A stretch of DNA of 61,512 nucleotides, counting the filler, from Nitrospinota bacterium (lineage in GTDB: Bacteria; JADFOP01), in assembly GCA_022562795.1 (NCBI GenBank). It is 3 parts of 3 records of this genome, joined end to end, with 100 filler letters (N's around TTAATTAATTAA, not from the genome) between each part and the next. Parts side by side here need not be neighbours in the genome. Positions count along the whole stretch, not along the records: positions 27,611 to 54,632 come from JADFOP010000029.1; 2 more parts are not named here. One strand, 5' to 3'. This document shows, one piece after another, positions 37,048 through 46,915 of the stretch. The position numbers were made by a program, and so were the translations under genes. The notes below the pieces were generated by a model. The model saw nothing but the letters and a program-made list of their open reading frames with translations. It was not told the DNA's origin and did not search any database. How positions within the stretch are numbered: the first letter of the stretch is position 1; every line of letters begins with the position of its first letter.

Positions 37048-37083
37048 GAGCCCGGAATTCAACAAGTTCCGGGCTCATTCTTT
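37048..37083 (+). terminator. intrinsic terminator after the tRNA fragment
   Basis: GAGCCCGGAA..TTCCGGGCTC hairpin followed by TTCTTT. Confidence 0.7.
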
Positions 37084-37131
37084 ATAAAGCAGTTGAAGAT
37101 AGGTTCGTGTGGTGCGATTCGGCCCGGCCGT

Positions 37132-37599
37132 TCAGCCCCAGTGGCGACCCGTCGCCCCGATGAGGGCGGTCAGCAGACCGAGCGGCAGGTTGATGGCGAT
37201 GATCAGCCGGATCTGGTTGAGGCGCCTGCCTGCTTCGGCCAGATCGTTGGCCCCCAGGGCATCTTTGAAGCGGCGGTAGGGCGCGAACCAGAGGTGCAGG
37301 TAGAGCAGGATCATCGTAAGCCCCGTCACCTGCATGATGTGGACATGGACGCCAACCGAGCCGAAGCCGCCTAAGACGACGAAGATCATCCCGTAGCCGC
37401 TTAAGAGCAAGGCCGCGATCGAGGCCCAGACCCAGGGGAAAAACTTCTCGAAGCCCCGCCCCCAGAGCTCCAGCCTCTGGGCGGGCTCGAGCGGCCCGGC
37501 AGCCGGCCTGAGGCACATGTAGGCGAAGAACATCCCGCCGACCCATACGATGACGGCGAGGGTGTGTAGCCCCATGGCCACCATTGAGAATAATCCCAT
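37132..37599 (-). CDS. CopD/DUF2269-like four-TM membrane protein
   Basis: LHTLA..WVGGMFF..LRPA..SGY pattern. Confidence 0.7.
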   Translation of the reverse strand: MGLFSMVAMGLHTLAVIVWVGGMFFAYMCLRPAAGPLEPAQRLELWGRGFEKFFPWVWASIAALLLSGYGMIFVVLGGFGSVGVHVHIMQVTGLTMILLYLHLWFAPYRRFKDALGANDLAEAGRRLNQIRLIIAINLPLGLLTALIGATGRHWG

Positions 37600-37721
37600 A
37601 GTATTTACCTCATCCTATTTTTTCGTCAGTTTCTCTTACCTTCATTCCGCTCCATTTTCCGGGACAGGCTCCCGTATGTCAAGAAAACCTGGGGATTCGT
37701 CCTTCCGAGATGGGCGGGCAG

Positions 37722-37795
37722 CCACCCGCTTCAGGCGGACCGAAAGGGAGTCGAGGTCCGGGGGTCGCAAGCGACCTTTGGTCGCCCGACTACCC
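37722..37795. repeat. REP-like palindrome
   Basis: Reverse complement GTAGTCGGGCGACCAAAGGTCGCTTGCGACCC; same core at ~60345; CCGCTTCAGGCGG unit nearby. Confidence 0.65.
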
Positions 37796-38069
37796 GATAT
37801 CATTCATTGCTTGACACCATTTTACACTTTTCAGCCTCTTAGACGGCCGCATTTCATTTAATGCCAGTAAGTTCAATGTCTTGCATCCAGCTTGACGCTT
37901 CCTTAAAAACCCAAGATGTGTCTAAAAGTGTCACGTGGCCGGAGGGCGATCTCCAGGCTAAGGCTGGGTAGACATGCGGGCCTTTGAGGGATATATTTTC
38001 CTTAGGGCGTTATGGTATCCTCGATGATAGAAAAAAGAAATTAGGGCGAACCGAGAAAGGACCCTCATC

Positions 38070-40031
38070 ATGGGAACCAATCTAACAAGAAAAATTTTGC
38101 AAGAGCATCTCGTCTCCGGCGAGATGTCTCCGGGCGAGACGATCGCTATCGGCATAGACCAGGTCCTGGTGCAGGACCTCACCGGGACGCAGGCGTTTCT
38201 CCATTTCGAGGCGATGGGCATCGAAAGGGTCCGTTGCGAGTTGGCTGTGTGCTTCGCCGACCACAACGTCTTGCAGATTAAGCCGGAGAATATGGAGGAC
38301 CACATCTACCTTAGGACGGCGGGCCGGAAGTACGGTATCTGGTTCGCCAAGCCCGCCAGCGGGATCGGCCACCAGATCCACCTCGAGCACTTCGCCGTTC
38401 CGGGCAAGACGGCGCTCGGCGCCGACAGCCACACGCCCCACTGCGGGGGGATAGGGATGATCGCCATCGGCGCGGGGGGGATGGACGTGGCTGTCGCCAT
38501 GGGCGGCGGGCCCTTCCACATGCTTATGCCTCGGGTGGTCAACGTACACCTCACCGGCGAGCTCAGGCCTTGGTGTACGGCCAAGGACGTCATCCTTGAG
38601 CTCCTTCGCCGCCTCACGGTGCGGGGGGGCAAGGAGAAGGTCTTCGAGTTCACCGGGCCGGGAATCAGAAGCCTCAACGCCCAGCAGCGGGTCACCATCA
38701 CCAACATGGGGACCGAGCTCGGCGCAACGACCAGCATCTTCCCCAGCGACGACATAACCCTGGAGTTTTTCCGCCGCCTGGGGCGCGAGGGCGACTGGCG
38801 CGAGATTCTGCCCGACGACGATGCCGGCTACGACGAGGTCATCGAGCTAGACCTATCGACCATCGAGCCCTTGATAGCCGAGCCGAGCCTGCCCGACAAG
38901 GTCGTTCCGGTCCGCGAGGTGGCGGGCACCAAGGTCCACCAGGTCATGGTCGGAAGCTGCACCAACGGCTCGTACACCGACCTACAGGCGGTGGCCAAGA
39001 TGATGAAGGGAAGGCGGGTCCACCCGGAGACGACCTTCTTCATCCACCCGGCCAGCCGCATGGCCCTGGAGCTTCTGGCCAAGGAGGGCTACCTGGGAGA
39101 CCTCCTCGCCGCAGGGGTCAACGTGGCCGAGGCCACGTGCGGGGCCTGTATCGGGCTCGGCCACGTGCCCGCACCAGGGACGGTGAGCCTTAGGGCCATC
39201 AACCGAAACTTCAGGGGCCGAAGCGGCCTCAAGGACGACGCCGTCTACCTGGCCAGCTCCGAGACGGCCGCAGCCACCGCGATCCGGGGAGTCATCATCG
39301 ACCCCCGCGACCTGGGCGAGGAGGAGGGCTTGGAGGCCCCGCCGGCCGAGCTCCCCTCCGAGATCAGCCAGGACAACCCGAACCTCATTCCCCCGGCTTC
39401 GGATGAGGAGGCTCCCGCCATTGAGGTGGAGCGGGGTGAGAACATCGTTCCGGCTCCGATGAAAGGGGCGCTCGAGGCCTCTGTGAGCGGCGAAGCGCTC
39501 CTGAAGGTCGAAGACGACATCAGCACCGACCACATCATGCCGGCCAGCGCCGATATTCTCGCCTATCGGTCGAACATCCCAAAGATAAGCGAGTTCGTAT
39601 TTCATCGGCTCGACCCCACCTTCAGCGAGCGGGCCAAGGCCAAGGGCAGCGGCTTCATCGTGGGGGGGCTCAACTACGGCCAGGGCTCGTCCCGCGAGCA
39701 CGCGGCGCTGGCCCCCATGTTTCTCGGGCTCAAGGGCGTATTGGCTAAGTCCTTCGCGCGGATTCACCACGCCAATTTGGTGAATTTTGGGCTTTTGCCC
39801 ATGGTCTTCGCCTCCACGGACGATTACGACATGATCGATCAGGGCGATGAGCTCGCCATCGAGGGCACCTGGGAGGGGGTTGATCAGGGCAGGCTCACCG
39901 TGCAGAACAAGACCAAGGGGACGACCATCGAGGTGACTTTGGAGCTCACCGATCGCCAGGGGGAGATTCTCAAGGCCGGCGGCCTTCTGCCTTACACCCG
40001 TGATTTAGGGTCCGGCGGCGCATCTGCCTAG
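38070..40031 (+). CDS. aconitate hydratase (short ~650-aa type)
   Basis: DHN, GADSHT, GSCTN, CGACIG, NRNF.GR, STDHI and NYGQGSSREHA. Confidence 0.92.
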   Translation: MGTNLTRKILQEHLVSGEMSPGETIAIGIDQVLVQDLTGTQAFLHFEAMGIERVRCELAVCFADHNVLQIKPENMEDHIYLRTAGRKYGIWFAKPASGIGHQIHLEHFAVPGKTALGADSHTPHCGGIGMIAIGAGGMDVAVAMGGGPFHMLMPRVVNVHLTGELRPWCTAKDVILELLRRLTVRGGKEKVFEFTGPGIRSLNAQQRVTITNMGTELGATTSIFPSDDITLEFFRRLGREGDWREILPDDDAGYDEVIELDLSTIEPLIAEPSLPDKVVPVREVAGTKVHQVMVGSCTNGSYTDLQAVAKMMKGRRVHPETTFFIHPASRMALELLAKEGYLGDLLAAGVNVAEATCGACIGLGHVPAPGTVSLRAINRNFRGRSGLKDDAVYLASSETAAATAIRGVIIDPRDLGEEEGLEAPPAELPSEISQDNPNLIPPASDEEAPAIEVERGENIVPAPMKGALEASVSGEALLKVEDDISTDHIMPASADILAYRSNIPKISEFVFHRLDPTFSERAKAKGSGFIVGGLNYGQGSSREHAALAPMFLGLKGVLAKSFARIHHANLVNFGLLPMVFASTDDYDMIDQGDELAIEGTWEGVDQGRLTVQNKTKGTTIEVTLELTDRQGEILKAGGLLPYTRDLGSGGASA

Positions 40032-40279
40032 AGCTCCATCTTTCCAAGGCGACTTCCTCCGCTGGGGCGGCAAATGTCATCCCCATCCCTTCGGGGCAGG
40101 CTCTTTTCGACACCAGTCTATCCCATCCCAGGTTGCTGACGGCCAGGTCGACGGCCCGAGAACAACCTCTATTGGTGCCTCTCTTAGGAATTATTACAAA
40201 GGAGGCGCCGATATAGGCAAACTGCGGGCCGCAGTATTATGATACGCAAAATTAATTTGTTGAAATCTACATTTTTGTG

Positions 40280-40307
40280 TTGACTTCAGTGAAGGGCTTA
40301 TTATAAT
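40280..40307 (+). promoter_or_regulatory. sigma70-like promoter
   Basis: TTGACT-16 bp-TATAAT upstream of the kinase gene. Confidence 0.6.
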
Positions 40308-40386
40308 AGGCATCCTCCTAAAATTTCCTTTTAAATAAGGAAATTCGAGGCGTTTTCTATACCTCCAGGCGGGACGGTCCGTAGAG

Positions 40387-41532
40387 ATGCAGCAACCGTA
40401 TACCCATCCCATAGAGAGCAAGGACTACTTGGAGGCGCTTATTGAGCGGTCGATGGATGCCATTATATCGACCGATGCTGATGGAAATGTGGTCACTTTC
40501 AACCAGGGCGCAGAGGACCTCTCGGGCTATCGGAGGGAGGAGGTCATAGGCCAGCGCGTACGGGTGCTCTACGAGAGCGAGGAGGTTGCGAGAGAGGTGA
40601 TGGGCCGGATGCGCGAAGAGGGCGGTACACTCTCGGCCTTCGAGACAGAACTTCAGGCGAAGGACGGCCAGCTAATTCCCGTTTTGATTTCGGCATCAAT
40701 GCTTTATGACGAAGAGGGTAATGAAGTTGGGACGGTGGGCTTTAGCAAGGACATTAGGGAGCGAAAGCTGGCCGAGGATGATCTCCGGAAGGCCAGCGAA
40801 GAGCTTAAGCACTCGTACGAGAGGCTGGAGCGAGCCCAGGCCTCGGCCATCTCTGCCGAGAAGCTGGCGGCCATTGGCCGGCTGACCGCCGGGGTCTCCC
40901 ACGAGATCTTGAACCCACTTGCCATTATCACGATGAGCCTGCAGTTGATGATCAAAGACCAAAAGACCCCCCCGGAGATTGCCGACCAGCTCCGAGTCCT
41001 GGAGGAGCAGTCCTACCGAATTGCGAAAATCACCCAAAACCTCCTCTTTTTCTCTCGCCAGAGAGAGCCGGAGCGCAGTCCGCTCGATTTCAATCAGATG
41101 TTAGAGCGGACCTTGGACCTCTTGGGGAATGAAATGATGCTGCAAAACATCTCCTTGGAGCTTAAGCTTGATGGAGGGTTGCCGCCCGTCTCGGCCGATC
41201 AGGGCCAGCTCCAGCAGGTGGTCCTCAACCTGCTGACCAACGCGAAGGACGCCATGCCCGACGGAGGCCAGCTCGTCCTGAGCACCAAGGCGGTCGAGAA
41301 CAACGGTAAGAAATTTGTGGAGCTGCGGGTGGAGGACTCGGGATCGGGCATCGCCGCCGATCATATGGATAAAATCTTTGACCCCTTCTTTACCACCAAG
41401 CCCGAGGGGGAGGGAACGGGCCTTGGCCTTTCGATCTGTCAGGGCATCGTCGAGGCGCACGGGGGCTCCATCCGGGCCGAAAACATTCCAGAAGGGGGCG
41501 CGGCCTTAGTAATCCAAATGGGCTCAGAGTAA
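40387..41532 (+). CDS. PAS-domain sensor histidine kinase (NtrB-like)
   Basis: PAS/PAC, SHEILNPL H-box, NLLTNA, DSGSG and FFTTK..GTGLGL. Confidence 0.93.
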   Translation: MQQPYTHPIESKDYLEALIERSMDAIISTDADGNVVTFNQGAEDLSGYRREEVIGQRVRVLYESEEVAREVMGRMREEGGTLSAFETELQAKDGQLIPVLISASMLYDEEGNEVGTVGFSKDIRERKLAEDDLRKASEELKHSYERLERAQASAISAEKLAAIGRLTAGVSHEILNPLAIITMSLQLMIKDQKTPPEIADQLRVLEEQSYRIAKITQNLLFFSRQREPERSPLDFNQMLERTLDLLGNEMMLQNISLELKLDGGLPPVSADQGQLQQVVLNLLTNAKDAMPDGGQLVLSTKAVENNGKKFVELRVEDSGSGIAADHMDKIFDPFFTTKPEGEGTGLGLSICQGIVEAHGGSIRAENIPEGGAALVIQMGSE

Positions 41533-41742
41533 CCCCCTTACCTCCAGATCCTGCTCCCCCAGCGACCCATCTCCGACATGCCAATATCCTATTTTCTATA
41601 AAAGTCCGCCTGACGCTGCCTAACAGAAAGGGAGTCTTTTAAGGCTCTGCGGCATGCCCTCCATCTCCGTCAGCACTCTGAAAACTATTATATCCTTGAC
41701 TATCAACTCAGGGTGCGATATATAATAAACATAGTTGTCTTT

Positions 41743-41912
41743 CTCTGCGGATGCCCGCTAGGGCTGTAGACAGGGAAGAGGGTGAGAATCCCTCACGGTC
41801 TCTCCGCCACTGTGATGGGGGACGAAAGCCCGAAGTCGCCACTGTCCCTTTGCCGGGATGGGAAGGCAGGGCGAGTAGGACGATCCCTAAGTCAGTAGAC
41901 CTATTCGTAGAG
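41743..41912 (+). promoter_or_regulatory. cobalamin riboswitch
   Basis: AGGGAA.GGTGAGAATCC, GCCACTG twice, GGGAAGG, AGTCAG.AGACC B12 box; P1 41743-52/41903-12; upstream of a TonB receptor. Confidence 0.93.
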
Positions 41913-41971
41913 CGTTTCCAACAGTCCTTCGGGGGTAGAGGACGTGGAAGTTGCTCGCATCACTCCACGGC

Positions 41972-41999
41972 CCCGGTTCTGGAAAGGACCGGGATTTTT
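41972..41999 (+). terminator. terminator in the riboswitch expression platform
   Basis: CCCGGTTC-TGGAAA-GGACCGGG-ATTTTT. Confidence 0.65.
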
Positions 42000-42138
42000 G
42001 ATGGCCCCAACCACGGGTCTCTTCCCGCCTGGGGCCGCCTTTCACATCTTCGAGCTCTCCACACCCTTCGCCCCTCGCCAGGACGTTCCGGCGAGGTGCG
42101 CGCCGTAGGCGCTCACCTCCCGCAAAGGGAGGTGTCCC

Positions 42139-44355
42139 ATGTTCGCGTTCGCAATCACCCTGGTTATGGCTGCTCTGGTCGCTCTTGGGCCTGCGACCGC
42201 TGCCGCCCAAACCACTCCCGGGCCGCCTCAGGGCCCCGAGGCCGTCCAGCTTCAGCCGAAGGAAAAGGAGGTCGCAAAGAGTTCCGAGGCGGCCAAGCCT
42301 CCTGGCACCGAGGCTCAGACCGCTAAGAAAGCTGAAGAGCTAGGCCCCGTCGTCGTGACGGCCACGAAGACGGTCGTGCCGCTCTCCCTCTCCCCCTTCT
42401 CCACAGAAGTTATTACGGGCCAGGCGATCGAGGAAAAACAGGTCCCCTCGGTCCGGGAGGCCCTCAGGGGCGCCCGGGGCCTCCATGTCGTCGGGACGGG
42501 CCGCGAAGGGAGCCAGACCTCCATCTTCGTCCGCGGCGGGGCGAGCGACCACAATCTCGTCCTCCTCGACGGCATCCCCTTCAACGATGCGGGCGGCCTG
42601 GTTAACTTCGCCGATCTGACGTCGGACAATATCGAGCGCATCGAAGTCTTTCGGGGAGCCGGAAGCGCGCTCTACGGCTCCGACGCCATGACGAGCGTCA
42701 TCCACATCATTACCAAAGAGGGCGACGGACCCCCGACCCTCACCGTCTCTACGGCCTTCGGCGACCAGGGCACGACCAGAGAAATGGCCAGGTTGCAGGG
42801 CAGCCGGCCGGGGACGCGCTACAGCTTTACTCTGAGCCGTTATGACACCGACGGGTTCTTCGAGCCCAACGACTTTTACGGCAACACGACCGCTAGGGGC
42901 AAAGTTTCCCTCGCCCTGACTGACTACACCAAGGCGACCTTCACAGCGCACTACCTGGACCAGCGAAAGGGTCTGCCAGGCCAGACGGGCTTTTTCGTCT
43001 TCGACCGTGACGAATTTTCTGAAAGCGACGAGCTAGCATTGGGCCTCACATTGACCCAGCAGCTCTTTTCCTGGTTCGACCACACGGTTTTCGTCGCGGT
43101 TTTGGACCGCAGACGTTTCACCCAAGATCTAATTTTTGACCCCGCAATTGCCCGGCGGCCCGAGGAGACTGATGTCGCCGTCCCCGCTTTCGACTTCATC
43201 AATGAGAGGAGCGATGAGATTGAACGCCGGCTCGCCGACTACCACTTCAATCTCCACGTCAATCAGCTCGATGTTGAGGCCGTTTTGACCGGAGGAGTTG
43301 AGTGGGAGCTGGAGGACGGCGAGCTCATTTTCGCCACCCCAGTATCATTTGGTGGCCCTTCCGAGGTCTTTCCCTTTGTCGAGTTCAATGATGAGCGGCG
43401 AAATCTCGGCTACTATGTACAGGCTCAGCTCAACTGGCGCGACCGGATTATCGTCGTGCCCGGCGTACGCTTTGAGGACAACGAGGCATTCGGTGGCGAG
43501 ACGGTGCCTCGGGTGGCGGCCGCCATAATCCTGGGCGATCCACCTGAGGAGACCTGGGTCGGCCCGCTGAAGATAAGGGGGAGCTACGGAGAGGGCATCA
43601 AGGAGCCGCAATTCGGGGAGAACTTCAGCCCGCCGCCGTTTAGAGGCGACCCGGGGCTCGCACCCGAGGAGACGGCCCACTGGGATGCCGGAGTTGAACT
43701 CACTCTCTGCAAGGGCCGCTGCTTCATTGAGGCGGTCTATTTCCATGTGAGGCAGAAGAATCTTATTTCGTTCATCACTGATACCTTTTTTCCCTTCACG
43801 GGCCACTTCGAGAACCTCGGCAAGGTCCGTTCTGAGGGATTGGAGGTCTACGGTGCGGTGGAGCCCTTCGACTGGCTTCGGATCGAGGGCCAGTACACCG
43901 GCCTAGAGACGGTCGTCAAGGATTCCGCCAGCCCCGACAGCCCGACCGTCGGCGTTGGCAAGGAACTGCTGCGGCGGCCCAAGCACAGCGGATCCGGCTC
44001 AATTGTCGCACGGTATGGCCCGCTCACCGTCCGGGGCGACGCCGTCTTCGTCGGCAGGCGGTTCGACTTTGACGGCCAGGGCCTTTCGATATTCGATAAC
44101 CCCGCCTACATGCGCGTCGATCTTGCCGCCCGCCTCCGGCTGGAAAACCACCTCGTTGAGCTCTGGGGATCGCCATTCCCGCACGCGGTGGAGGTCTTCG
44201 TCCGCGCCGAGAACCTCTTAGACGAAGACTACGAGGAGGTCCTCGGCTTCCCGGCGCCGGGGATTAACGTCCTGGCGGGGGTGCAGGTCACTTTTCAAGG
44301 GGCGGCCCAAGAGTTGAGCATAGCGCCCAGGAAAAACACGCTCGCCCAGCAATAG
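42139..44355 (+). CDS. btuB: TonB-dependent cobalamin receptor
   Basis: Signal peptide, VVVTAT TonB box, IERIEVFRG..SALYGSDA plug, LLRRP and NLLD..Y; under a B12 riboswitch. Confidence 0.88.
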   Translation: MFAFAITLVMAALVALGPATAAAQTTPGPPQGPEAVQLQPKEKEVAKSSEAAKPPGTEAQTAKKAEELGPVVVTATKTVVPLSLSPFSTEVITGQAIEEKQVPSVREALRGARGLHVVGTGREGSQTSIFVRGGASDHNLVLLDGIPFNDAGGLVNFADLTSDNIERIEVFRGAGSALYGSDAMTSVIHIITKEGDGPPTLTVSTAFGDQGTTREMARLQGSRPGTRYSFTLSRYDTDGFFEPNDFYGNTTARGKVSLALTDYTKATFTAHYLDQRKGLPGQTGFFVFDRDEFSESDELALGLTLTQQLFSWFDHTVFVAVLDRRRFTQDLIFDPAIARRPEETDVAVPAFDFINERSDEIERRLADYHFNLHVNQLDVEAVLTGGVEWELEDGELIFATPVSFGGPSEVFPFVEFNDERRNLGYYVQAQLNWRDRIIVVPGVRFEDNEAFGGETVPRVAAAIILGDPPEETWVGPLKIRGSYGEGIKEPQFGENFSPPPFRGDPGLAPEETAHWDAGVELTLCKGRCFIEAVYFHVRQKNLISFITDTFFPFTGHFENLGKVRSEGLEVYGAVEPFDWLRIEGQYTGLETVVKDSASPDSPTVGVGKELLRRPKHSGSGSIVARYGPLTVRGDAVFVGRRFDFDGQGLSIFDNPAYMRVDLAARLRLENHLVELWGSPFPHAVEVFVRAENLLDEDYEEVLGFPAPGINVLAGVQVTFQGAAQELSIAPRKNTLAQQ

Positions 44356-44363
44356 GAGGGCCG

Positions 44364-45248
44364 TTGCAGGAAGAACGCCAAATCCAAGGGGCCAGGCCTC
44401 GCAGGGGGATGGCCCTTGCCTTCATCGCCTCGGTGGGGCTCCACGCCGTGGCGGTGTGGGGGACTGGGTGGTGGGTTCAGCCCGTATGGCGTCTGGAGCC
44501 TATCCACGTCATCTCCCTGAGGGTCCTTAATGGAGAGGGCGCCACAGGGGCCTCTAGCCCCGTCCAAGCCCGGCCCAACCCTCAGAGGACACCTCTCAAG
44601 GACAAGTCGAAGGTGGTCATGCGTAGGGCGGCCCCTCCCGAGGAGCGCACCATGAAGCATCCTCAGAAGATCCGCATCGCGCAGAAGCCTCATACCCAAG
44701 TCACCCCGTCCGCACCACCGCCTCCGAAACCGCAACTGCGGGTGGCGACGGCTACGAGGCTCTCGCTCCCGGAGCCCTCTTCGCCCATGCCGCCATCGAG
44801 AAGCCCTCAGGCCGGAGAGTCCAGGCTGAGGCTTGAGACGCATCCACGTCCGGTCGGGAGGGGAGACGAGGAGAGCGCTGCCGGACCCTCCTCTCCGTCG
44901 GGCTCGCCCCTCCTCGTCGCAAAGGTCGAGCAGCCCAATAGGGGGTGGGACCGCGATGCGCGCCTGGAGGCCATCCGCCGCCTCATCCAGAAGGCCCTCG
45001 TCTATCCTCAGGCGGCCCGCCGTTTCGGCTGGGAGGGGACGGCGCGGGTTCGCTTCGCCCTGGGCCCCGACGGGCGACCCTCCGAGGTGACCCTGGAGTC
45101 CTCAAGCCAAATGGCGATACTCGACCAGGAGGCCCTGGCAGCGGTCCGCCGAGCCGCTCCATATCCATATCTTAAGGGGGCCATTGTCGTTCCCATCGTC
45201 TTTGACATCCGGGCTCCACGTCCCCGAATCATCCCAGGTGCGCAATGA
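44364..45248 (+). CDS. tonB: energy transducer TonB
   Basis: S...H TM motif, Pro-rich linker, YP..A...GWEG...F..G..SS..LD.EAL. Confidence 0.85.
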   Translation: MQEERQIQGARPRRGMALAFIASVGLHAVAVWGTGWWVQPVWRLEPIHVISLRVLNGEGATGASSPVQARPNPQRTPLKDKSKVVMRRAAPPEERTMKHPQKIRIAQKPHTQVTPSAPPPPKPQLRVATATRLSLPEPSSPMPPSRSPQAGESRLRLETHPRPVGRGDEESAAGPSSPSGSPLLVAKVEQPNRGWDRDARLEAIRRLIQKALVYPQAARRFGWEGTARVRFALGPDGRPSEVTLESSSQMAILDQEALAAVRRAAPYPYLKGAIVVPIVFDIRAPRPRIIPGAQ

Positions 45249-45350
45249 AGCCCCGTAAAATTCAGGACGTTTTGACCTTGACCGGGCCTAACCTCCTATG
45301 GTAGAAAAAAACCAGAAACCATCGATTTGTGGAACGAGAAAGGGTTGCCA

Positions 45351-45881
45351 ATGTTAAGAGCGCGCATGAGTGTCCTTGTTGGAATGATATTGTTTACTGC
45401 CGCTACCCGGCTCCTTCCCCATCCGCCAAACTTCACTCCGGTAATGGCAATGGCTCTCTTCGGGGGCGCATTCCTGACCAGCAACCGGGCCGCGTTTGCA
45501 GTCCCTATTTTGGCAATGGCCTTGAGCGACCTCTTTATTGGGCCCGACCATCTCTTGCCGGTCGTTTATTTCTGTATTCTTCTAACAACCTGTATCGGCC
45601 TGTTGCTCCGATCGAGGAAGAGCCTTGTTGCGGTTACGGCGGCGGCGCTTGGAAGCTCGGTGCTATTCTTTGTGATTACAAACTTTGGCGTGTGGTATTT
45701 TGGGCCTTACTACCCCCATACGGCCGCAGGGCTTGCAGCCTGCTACGTGGCGGCTATACCGTTTTTTCAAAACACGCTTGTTGGCACGCTCGGCTACACC
45801 GCGGTCCTCTTTGGGGGCTTCTACCTGGCTGAACGGTTGTTCCCAGTTTTGAAAGAGACAATACACGAATTGCCCGCCTAA
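45351..45881 (+). CDS. DUF6580-family putative transporter
   Basis: RLLPHPPNFTP..ALF.G, SD, FF..TNFGVW, CY.AAIPFF; about 6 TM helices. Confidence 0.75.
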   Translation: MLRARMSVLVGMILFTAATRLLPHPPNFTPVMAMALFGGAFLTSNRAAFAVPILAMALSDLFIGPDHLLPVVYFCILLTTCIGLLLRSRKSLVAVTAAALGSSVLFFVITNFGVWYFGPYYPHTAAGLAACYVAAIPFFQNTLVGTLGYTAVLFGGFYLAERLFPVLKETIHELPA

Positions 45882-46027
45882 CGCTTGCTCCTAATTGCTC
45901 CTAATAGGCGGCTTCATCTTCGCCTCTAAGTTCACACGGCCCCTCGATCAATAAATTAGGAGCAGTCGAGGCATCCCGGGACAACTGAAACCCTCCCTCC
46001 CGGATTTTCAGATAAAATATCACAAAG

Positions 46028-46324
46028 CTAAATACGCCCATTGACCTCGGTGACCTTTCCAAAAGTTCGGGAAATTTGTCTTTTGAGGTCGACCACGTAG
46101 AGGACGGCCCTGACCACAGCGCGGTGCACCGCTGGGTCGAGAGGGCAGGGGACGAGCTCGCCGTCCTTCGCCGAACAGGCGATCGCCTCTGCGGCGGCTA
46201 TCCTCATGAGCGGCGTGATGGCCGAGGCGCGTGCAAGTAGCGCCCCTTTGAATAGGCCCGGGAAGCCAAGCACGTTATTGACGGCCGCCAGATCGACTTC
46301 CTCAGAGGTTTGTATCCGCGCCAT
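46028..46324 (-). pseudogene. malic enzyme C-terminal remnant
   Basis: NNVLGFPGLFKGAL..A..IT..M..AAA.AIA..P.PLD; N-terminal part missing. Confidence 0.7.
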
Positions 46325-46447
46325 AATACTAAAACTCCTCTTATGACACCGAAGACCATTCCATGCTCTATTATCGGACAAAGGGTATTTTAACTTAACG
46401 CTATTGAAGCGGATTATCCCAGTCTGAGAATTAGAAGGGCGAGGGGC

Positions 46448-46818
46448 CGGACAGCCTAAAGGCTGTCCCTACATGGGGGCCGAGAATTGGAAGGGGAATC
46501 CCCTGTAGGGACAGGGTTTACCCTGTCCGCGGGATTGAAGGGCGAGAAACGACGGACAGCCTAAATCCGCCTCAGGCGGACTACATCGACGTGTGCCTGT
46601 GTAGGGACAGGGTTTACCCTGTCCGAGGGTATGAAGGGCGGGTCGTGTATGCGGACGGGGGTTTATCCTTTTCCTGGGGGTCATGCTTGTTCGCGGACAC
46701 CCATCCGCCTTAGGCGGACCTAAGGCGGACTACATAACAAGAGAACGGAGGCTACATTGGCCTAATCCTTTGTAGGGATCCGCCTCAGGCGGGCCTGAGG
46801 CGGATGACCCCGACACCA
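46448..46818. repeat. composite REP (BIME/REPIN-like) array
   Basis: Multiple GTAGGGACAGGGTTTACCCTGTCC, GGACAGCCTAAAGGCTGTCCCTAC and CCGCCTCAGGCGG units. Confidence 0.85.
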
Positions 46819-46915
46819 CACCCCGGACCTTCATCGTAAATAATTCTAAAACCCCCTTGATTTTCGCTTTTTTTTCGTTTATGCTTGATATCTCCACTAT
46901 GGAGGGAGGGAGAAT

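Noticed and set aside
46448-46818. Possible CRISPR array (also 60331-60812)
   Set aside because: Units are inverted, irregularly spaced, have shared rather than unique spacers and start with GTAG; no cas genes, so these are REPs
46861-46880. TTTC-N7-TTTC as a LexA box for the PolB2 cassette
   Set aside because: Low-complexity T-rich sequence; cannot be supported without orthologue comparison
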